Assembly (NCBI RefSeq): GCF_964204645.1 | Contig: NC_134025.1 | Span: 4,898,001-4,962,000 of the forward strand | Reading direction: 5' to 3' | Length of the DNA: 64,000 nucleotides | Origin: Tubulanus polymorphus | Taxonomy: Eukaryota > Animalia > Nemertea | The notes under the pieces: model-generated | Databases searched by the model: none | Told to the model about the DNA's origin: nothing | What the model saw: only the letters and a program-made list of their open reading frames with translations | Program-made: the position numbers and the translations under genes | Part shown: piece after piece, positions 57,501 to 64,000 of the stretch | Numbering within the stretch: position 1 is the stretch's first letter | Layout of the letters: the number at the start of each line of letters is the position of its first letter

Positions 57501-59984
57501 TTTCGTGAAATTCAACTCCCAATCAGAATAACTCACGATGGCCTGATTCGTTGGGACCCGGGCGGTACTTTCCTTACCATGTGCAAAATGAAGATGACCA
57601 TGTTTCCGTTTGACAAACAAAACTGTTATCTGCGTCTGGCGACGTGGGCATCCGTTAATCGCGAGTTCTCATTTCGGATAGTTGGGAATATCAGTGACGC
57701 GCAGATGTACTACACGGAAAGTAACACGTGGTCGCTGGACCCAAATGGAATATCTATTCACGTGGAACTACCCGAGGCAGGAGAGGAAGGCGAAAATATA
57801 CCCTTTCTAGTCGTTACGATAACAGTCGGTCGAAAAAGTCTATACTATATTGTTAATATCATTTGTCCTTGTTTGCTGTTTTCGTTGATGCTGCTAACGG
57901 TATTCGCCCTGCCACCAGAGTCTGGTGAACGGGTCGGACTGGGAGCCAATGTGGTCGTTGGGCTGATCGTGTTTTTACTACTAGTCGCCGAGAATATTCC
58001 TCGCTCAGGTGACGAGGTTCCCATACTAGGTAAGTATCGAGAAATCCCAGTAAAAAATATATATGAAAGAAATGGTTAATCTTTGAGTCCTTTTCATTAT
58101 CGACTCTTTATAAATTAAGGAAATTGAAAGTGAAACCAGCTCCGGAAATTCATTAAATTCAACGCTATTTTCCATTGAGAATACGCGTATAGATAATCTA
58201 AAAGAAGTTCTTCGAAGTCTTTAAAGCGATTTCATTACGACTCGATGTAAATTTTTGATTCGATAAACTCGAGCCGTCTGTCGGTACGCTGCACACCTGA
58301 AATGCGACGACAGCAGCACATCTCGTTTATATGAAACCGCTATTGCAGCACACGCCAGTGAACTAACGAGATCAACGCATCTAGATGATACGCCAAATGA
58401 GCTTGATTGTAACTAATTTGTTGAACAGATCCTGCGTTATTGTTATCCGTTCGTCGACGTAAGTTGTCAAGGGGAAATTCTCCGCTAAAGGGTGGCCAAT
58501 TAGGTTTGCCATAGTACGGTTATTTCGAAGAAATCCATTAGTTCTTTAACTCGACGACACATGCGTGGTTTATAATTTGATTGTATCGCAAGAGCAGATA
58601 TTTCTTCGGATAATCAATGCATTTTCGAGCTGCACAAATTCGATTTTTTTTCATATCGAAAAATTCGATTAAGGTGTCTAGTTCGGTGATTCTATGCCCG
58701 ACTGTGATAACGATGTTACTGAAATAACGCCTCATTAATTGCTCTGTCAAAGGGTTTGTTTAGATGGCCACGAGATACATAATTCACGATAACATAAAGT
58801 GGTTCCGGTGCCTGCGCGTCGGTCATTTTATCATCGATTAGCCATCACACGGTTGAAAGAGGGAACAGTTATTCGGTAATTAATCGCCCACGCCGTCGGT
58901 CATACCATGTCTGACAACTTCTTGTCGATGACCAAAAACAGTTTATACAGATTTAAGCCGTGTTTATATCATCATAAGCTGTGGGACTGTTTTACCGTTC
59001 CGCGTGAACGAAATGAAAAAAAGATAATCTATTCTTGAGAAATAGCAAAACCAGAAAGATATAATAATTGTTTCTGAAACTGCGCTGTCGATGAATCCCA
59101 TAATCGTTTATTCCGGGTATGCGATTGTCTCGTCACACAAATTTCAATTATTGTGCGACACATGGCGAAAACGAGGGCAGTGTCACGTGGTTACGCCATG
59201 TAGCGTCTTCTTGCAATTTCGGCCAGGTCCCCGCGGATGACCGTTTCATTAGATCACGTCTATATGGTAATATTCATCAGTACGGGAATTGCGACTAATA
59301 ATGTATATCGTCGCAAATGAGACTGAATGAATCGCCTACGAGACACGTCCGTTACTGGACAATTGCTAACGTACATGACATGGTTGAAACGAATGAAATG
59401 AAACGTATCCCTTATCATTGTCCAGCAGACATGTGCGGGATAAAAGAAAAGATAACTATGTTCTTTTTCTTCTTACAGCTATATATCTAATGTTACTATT
59501 AGCCTTATCGTGCGGGTCAGTTGTGATATCTGTACTACTTGGTAAATTAGCGATGATGTCGAGGCCGAATAATAACGTTTATGCGGGAGAAAGGCAAAAA
59601 TCTGCCGCCTGGCTTTTTACTAATAGCGAAAAACGACGGAAAACCCATCGAAGTAGTGTTTCAACCGATAACTGCTTCCCGTGTCCGGCGAAGTCCTTGA
59701 CGGTGAAACGTTTTCTTCATAAAAATCGCTGCCGCCAAGAGACGGTCAATAACCATCACGGCGAAGCGGACGACGGACCGGACGCTACGACTGCTTTGCA
59801 CAAACAAATTGATGCTCAGGAATCATTCGAAGAAACGATACCCATCCGTCGACCGGACGAAGCGGCTGCGAAAGCGGTCAAATTTTACAGAGCAGCGAAA
59901 ATAATCGATAGACTATGTTTAATTGTATATACACTTGTTCTAACATCGGTAACTTGTTATCTATTGTCCCTTTCTCGCTCATAG
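42499..59984 (+). CDS. Nicotinic acetylcholine receptor-like Cys-loop cation channel subunit, non-alpha, ~465 aa
   Basis: Exons: 42499-42550, 56085-56218, 56509-56553, 56915-57024, 57479-58029, 59479-59984. Motifs: YNPLVRP, WKDSRLSW, LWLPDV, Cys-loop CKMKMTMFPFDKQNC, and M1-M4 with PPESGER. The 45-nt and 110-nt exons are typical of nAChR genes. Confidence 0.92.
43020..43197. repeat. Imperfect ~180-bp foldback with a hammerhead-like core relic (possible Penelope pLTR pair)
   Basis: Outer arms AAAGTCCCAC/GTGGGACTTT; inner arms TCATCAGGTGAAATGAT/ATCATTCCACCTGATGA; CTGATGA-cg-GAAAC at 43128-43141. Confidence 0.55.
43765..43851. repeat. (AAT)n/(ATT)n microsatellite with strand switches
   Basis: Directly visible TAA/TGA trinucleotide runs interrupted by TTA runs. 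Confidence 0.9.
47839..47859 (+). CDS. Candidate 21-nt microexon of the nAChR-like gene
   Basis: Long pyrimidine tract, CTAAT, TGCTCTTTCAG acceptor, GTGAGA donor; phase 1-1, adds ATVTPIA. Confidence 0.5.
52489..52528. repeat. Short (TA)n/(GA)n microsatellite
   Basis: TATATATGTATACATATATATATAGAGAGATAGATATATA. Confidence 0.7.
56085..56218 (+). CDS. nAChR-like exon (N-terminal helix)
   Basis: ITACDEDYLQTNLFKNYNPLVRPGNG...FRIFLILTL. Confidence 0.9.
56509..56553 (+). CDS. nAChR-like 45-nt exon (loop D)
   Basis: DEVKQMMTAAYVFPM; GTAAGT donor. Confidence 0.9.
56915..57024 (+). CDS. nAChR-like 110-nt exon (loop A)
   Basis: NWKDSRLSWNPAEC...KLWLPDVILLD. Confidence 0.92.
57479..58029 (+). CDS. nAChR-like exon (Cys-loop, loops B and C, M1, M2)
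   Basis: ORF 57468-58079 trimmed to its AG/GT sites. Confidence 0.95.
59479..59984 (+). CDS. nAChR-like last exon (M3, intracellular loop, M4)
   Basis: IYLMLLLALSCGSVVISVLL...AAKIIDRLCLIVYTLVLTSVTCYLL*. Confidence 0.92.
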
Positions 59985-60448
59985 CTATAGGAATGGATCC
60001 TCGTTATATAATCTATCTATCTCTATATAATGTATTTATATATTTGGTTTCGTTTTTATAAACATCAATATCAACCAATGCCTAAGTCATCGGAAATATT
60101 GCACTTCTGCATAATCAGTGGAGTGAATTAAAAAGTTCAAATCATTGTTCTTGATCTCTGACTGTTATTTTCACATGGTCAAACAACAGTTAAAAAGTTG
60201 GTTATATCATGAAATACATATATACGACATAATAACGTGAACTTTGTAATCTGTAAATATGAGTCGGTAAATGATAAAATGAGAGAAGAACATGAAAAGT
60301 ATTCTATCGATGTTAAAATCAATCACTCATTTAAACTGAGTGAATACTAATAATACGTACACAAATGTTGTCGATCAGTTAATCAACCTCGTTAGATGTT
60401 TCCTAACTAGGATCAGTTTCAGAAATCTTGTAACAATGAAGTTGTTGA

Positions 60449-60694
60449 TTAATTGTTGTGGTGAGGGCGTTTTCTTAAATAGATGCCTTTGGATTTTGTA
60501 ATTTCTTCTAGCGTGTCATCGAGCGAGGACATCTCGGGGTATGAAAGAAATGAATTGGTCTTTTTTACATGAACATATTGTTGTTTCACTGGAGAGCTGA
60601 TCATCTCTCTTTCAGGTGATGTTATTTTTCGAGTTGAAATGGATGTAATTGTTTTTTCTCGATGTAAATTGTGAATTTCCGCAGTTAAAGCCAT
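60449..60694 (-). CDS. Possible small ORF protein (81 aa), function unknown
   Basis: Good start context (ACTATGG) and protein-like hydrophilic composition; no recognisable domain. Confidence 0.3.
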   Translation of the reverse strand: MALTAEIHNLHREKTITSISTRKITSPEREMISSPVKQQYVHVKKTNSFLSYPEMSSLDDTLEEITKSKGIYLRKRPHHNN

Positions 60695-61832
60695 AGTTAA
60701 TCAATACGCAGCGGTGTTGCTCAATTTGCAACACGGTTCGGTTATTTCAAACACTAACGATGAGAATACGCTACATCACGCAAGACACGTTGAAATATTG
60801 TGATGGCAGTTTTTCAGTTTCACGACGAAAAAGCATATTGGATTTTAAAACAAGAGGCAATTCGATTGGAATGTTTTTTAGAGCGGCTTAGTAAAGAGTA
60901 AATGATCGAATCGCCTAACAAACAAATACAATATCGCAATTCCCAAGTCAACAGCACTAATTGGTTGTTTGGAGTTTTTGTAACTGGTAGATCTTTTTAA
61001 TTTTCAAACCACTTCATTCAACATTTCTAAACTATAGAGAAAAGTCACCTGCACCAGTAATCACCATCCACGGCGTTGCGCCTGATAGTAACTGTGCGCC
61101 ATGGTTTCGACTGATTGTGGATAATTTCCAACAATAATACAAGATAAAGAAAAACAGCATAGAAGACTTAATCGAATTACAATCCGACGATACTAAGACC
61201 AACCTGATATTGTCCAAATAAACTTATATTTGTTCAGAGTCCACGATCCAAGCGATATAGACTGTATTGAATACGAATACTTGCTGTGAAGAGCCTATCC
61301 CACAATTACGAACTGTAAAAAACTAGATACAATTCCGATGCTCACGGGAATATCAATTTTTTTGCCGCTACATTTGCCTCCGAGTGGAGTTTCATAGGAA
61401 ATCTACTATAATCTCGAATAGTTCTTGATCATCTAACCGTAAATTAAACATTATAGAGACGGTATGAGACGGTGACAGCAGCTTTTTCTGTTGAATGCAC
61501 GAATGTCAGATAAGTCCTCGGATGGTATTTCGTCAATACATCCCCATTCATATACATCTTTCAGATTTCTATCATTGAAATCAAGCCCTCGGAATATTAT
61601 ACATTGAAGTTATTTTGTAAATGTATGTACGCATCAAATATATTATATATAATTATATGACTCTTTTATAAAATGTGTTCTTTATTTTATAGGTATTTCT
61701 CTCCGATGATAAGAATGTGTGTACGCCTGGATAATTTAAGGGTTGTCAAGCAACGGCTTAAATCCAATATCCGTGTAAAAAATTGGCCGTCAATTTTCCT
61801 TTCACTCGATTTGCGATCTCTACTTTTTCTTA

Positions 61833-61905
61833 AGGCTGGTTTTCACGAGCGGTTTCCTGTGGCAGCAGGAAAAGCAAGCTGGAAAGCGCTCGTGAAAACC
61901 AGGCT
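61833..61905. mobile_element. 73-bp PIF/Harbinger (Tourist-like) MITE with TTA TSD
   Basis: TTA|AGGCTGGTTTTCACGAGCG...CGCTCGTGAAAACCAGGCT|TTA. Confidence 0.8.
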
Positions 61906-62206
61906 TTACAATCTGTATATAATGCATGTATGCAGCCAAATCCCAAGAGGCAAGCCATTCAAAAACATCTTGAACAAAAATAATCCCATGTTGAAAAGCT
62001 GTTCAGAATAAGTATTTCTACAAATGCGAGTTCAACACGACACCGACCAATCAGATTCTTTGCACTTGGGAATATAACACTCATCGTGGCATATCCGTAT
62101 TTGGAACATGACACATACAGCAATCAAAGAAAACATTGACATTGTGAAATTTCATGCCAAATGTCAGAGTATCACGCGAAAAGAAGCAAATAGCGAATAA
62201 TAATCA

Positions 62207-62212
62207 TTTATT
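62207..62212 (-). promoter_or_regulatory. Candidate polyadenylation signal of the STI1-domain gene
   Basis: AATAAA on the minus strand ~170 nt after the stop codon. Confidence 0.4.
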
Positions 62213-62384
62213 AAGATATCTATTCAGATATAAATATTGATATTTACAAGTAGATTACAATGTATTTACATTCAGATCCATACGTGCATATATACAACGT
62301 AATTAGCACGTACCAAATAAACATATTAAATTTCATTTGAAGTCAAAACAAATCGTTCCAAACGCTTAATTGACAGTACGAAAC

Positions 62385-63971
62385 TTATTGATATTTCAAA
62401 AGTCCTTCTCGCACTAAAACTTGAATTTTCGATTGGATCGACGGTTTCTTTTGATGTAATATCCTGAAAATTGAAAAATAATTTTGCATGTATTTCACCC
62501 AAGTAGCCTTAATACTTCATACTTCATACATTCTCACAACGCAAGTGCATGGGCTTACCGCTGAGCCTCAGTAGGATCTTCCCGTAAGAGTTTGAATAGC
62601 TGCTGAATTTCAGGATCAGCGAGAACTTCTTTCACCTCAGGTTTCGATAGAATTTCATTCATCTTGTCTTCGTCTTTCTGCGTTGGCTGATTCGGATTTG
62701 TAGAGCTCCTAACTTGAATATCTGCAGTCCCATCTCGTTGCATGGAAGAGGATACAGTACTCTGAGCCTGGCTTTCTGATAAGCCGGTGAAGTGATTGCC
62801 TGAAATAAATTTTAGAATACAGTAACAACTTCTACGCGCTAACTCTTCATAAATATCTTACTTATTCGAAAAACCAATTAATGTTTGAAATTGGTCAAAA
62901 TTTACCTTGAAGTTATTGAAACACGATGAGTATAAAAGACGAAACATACCCAACAGACCACAAAATTCTTTAAAGAATTTTTGAACCTCTTCATCATTTC
63001 TATATTTCCACATCGCTTCTTGTGGATTTGTCTGGAATTCATTCATAGCCTCAGAAATCTTAGGATCAGTAATTTGCGAACAAAGAAGTGGATTTTTTTC
63101 GACACTCTCCAGCAGATTATCCGTAATCCATTCTGAAAATAATCATTCAAAGCTACTTCAAATCTCTAGTACTGTATCAAAAAACTTCAAATCCAAAGAA
63201 TTACCTACCTTTGTTGCTTAGAAGTCCTTGACTGGCTTGCATGGCTGCTTGGACTTCTGGCATTTCATATTTTGACTCTTTAGTTTCTTGTTTTGCTTTG
63301 ATAAACGGAATGTTATCTTTTTCAACGGATTTCTTTGGTTTGGGTTTAGTCGAAGAGGATGAACTTAGTAAAAATCCTTTCTTCATGCCAGCAAATCCTG
63401 CGCTTCTGTCTTTCTTTACCGTACACGGTTTGCTATTCATCTCCACATCATTAGAAGATTTATCCTGAATATGGATAAAGATATGAGGTTAAAAAAAAAC
63501 TATGTTTTTTACGGTGGTGAAAAATCTTTAAAAAACATTAGTTAAAAACCAACTGGAATAGAAGAGGCTGTCATTGTTTCCTTCTTCTTCTGAGCATCCA
63601 TCTGTGCTTTCGAAGTATCGTGGACAGCTAAAACCTGTTTCAAGGTTTCTGTCATATCTTCCAAAGGAGGTACTAAAACCAAAAATAAGTTAAAAGTATT
63701 AAATGATGATAGTGAATAGCTTTACGCGTGTTTTGCAATTTATGAACGAATAAATACAAATTTGTATTGAATTTAATAGTGTGTAAATATATCATTCTAT
63801 TGTTTTTCTATTCTTTAAAAAAGTCACAAATTAATTAAAACTTTAACCAATACCACGATCTACATGTTATCATGATCTGACATGCATACTGAGGCATCTA
63901 AGATTATATGAAAGCCATAGGAAATAGATATTTAAGTTACCATCGTCAATTTCTTCAACCATGGTCGCCAT
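62385..63971 (-). CDS. STI1/HOP DP-domain-containing protein (302 aa)
   Basis: Exons: 63941-63971, 63554-63672, 63209-63464, 62950-63132, 62559-62799, 62385-62463, with consistent phases. Starts MATMVEEIDDVPPLEDM. DP-like repeats: TDPKISEAMNEFQTNPQEAMWKY and LADPEIQQLFKLLREDPTEAQRIL...KIQVLVREGLL. Confidence 0.88.
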
Positions 63972-64000
63972 ATTTAAACAAATCCTCGAGACCGGTTCCA

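Overview
This is AT-rich, intron-containing animal genomic DNA. CpG is not visibly depleted, and the gene content suggests a marine invertebrate, probably a lophotrochozoan (inference). By hand-splicing GT-AG exons with consistent phases I reconstruct five multi-exon genes. (1) A secreted trypsin-type S1 protease on the minus strand, 8 exons, running off the left edge, with a 12.9-kb first intron. (2) A tandem paralogous S1 protease on the minus strand, 12 exons, with two F5/8 type C (discoidin) domains and a furin-type activation site. (3) A 100-aa secreted single PAN/apple-domain protein on the plus strand. (4) A divergent non-alpha nicotinic-type Cys-loop channel subunit on the plus strand, 6 exons plus a candidate 21-nt microexon. 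(5) A TPR-less STI1/DP-domain protein on the minus strand. A candidate small single-pass membrane glycoprotein lies between (2) and (3). Introns carry several non-autonomous DNA elements with readable TSDs. The most striking are: a ~338-bp element with B-box-containing TIRs that has inserted into its own TIR, with both 8-bp TSDs intact and a shared TGGC|AGG target; a 31-bp perfect palindrome with a 7-bp TSD; and a 1.7-kb element with ~570-bp near-perfect inverted arms. No rRNA, intact tRNA, CRISPR or transposase ORF was recognised.
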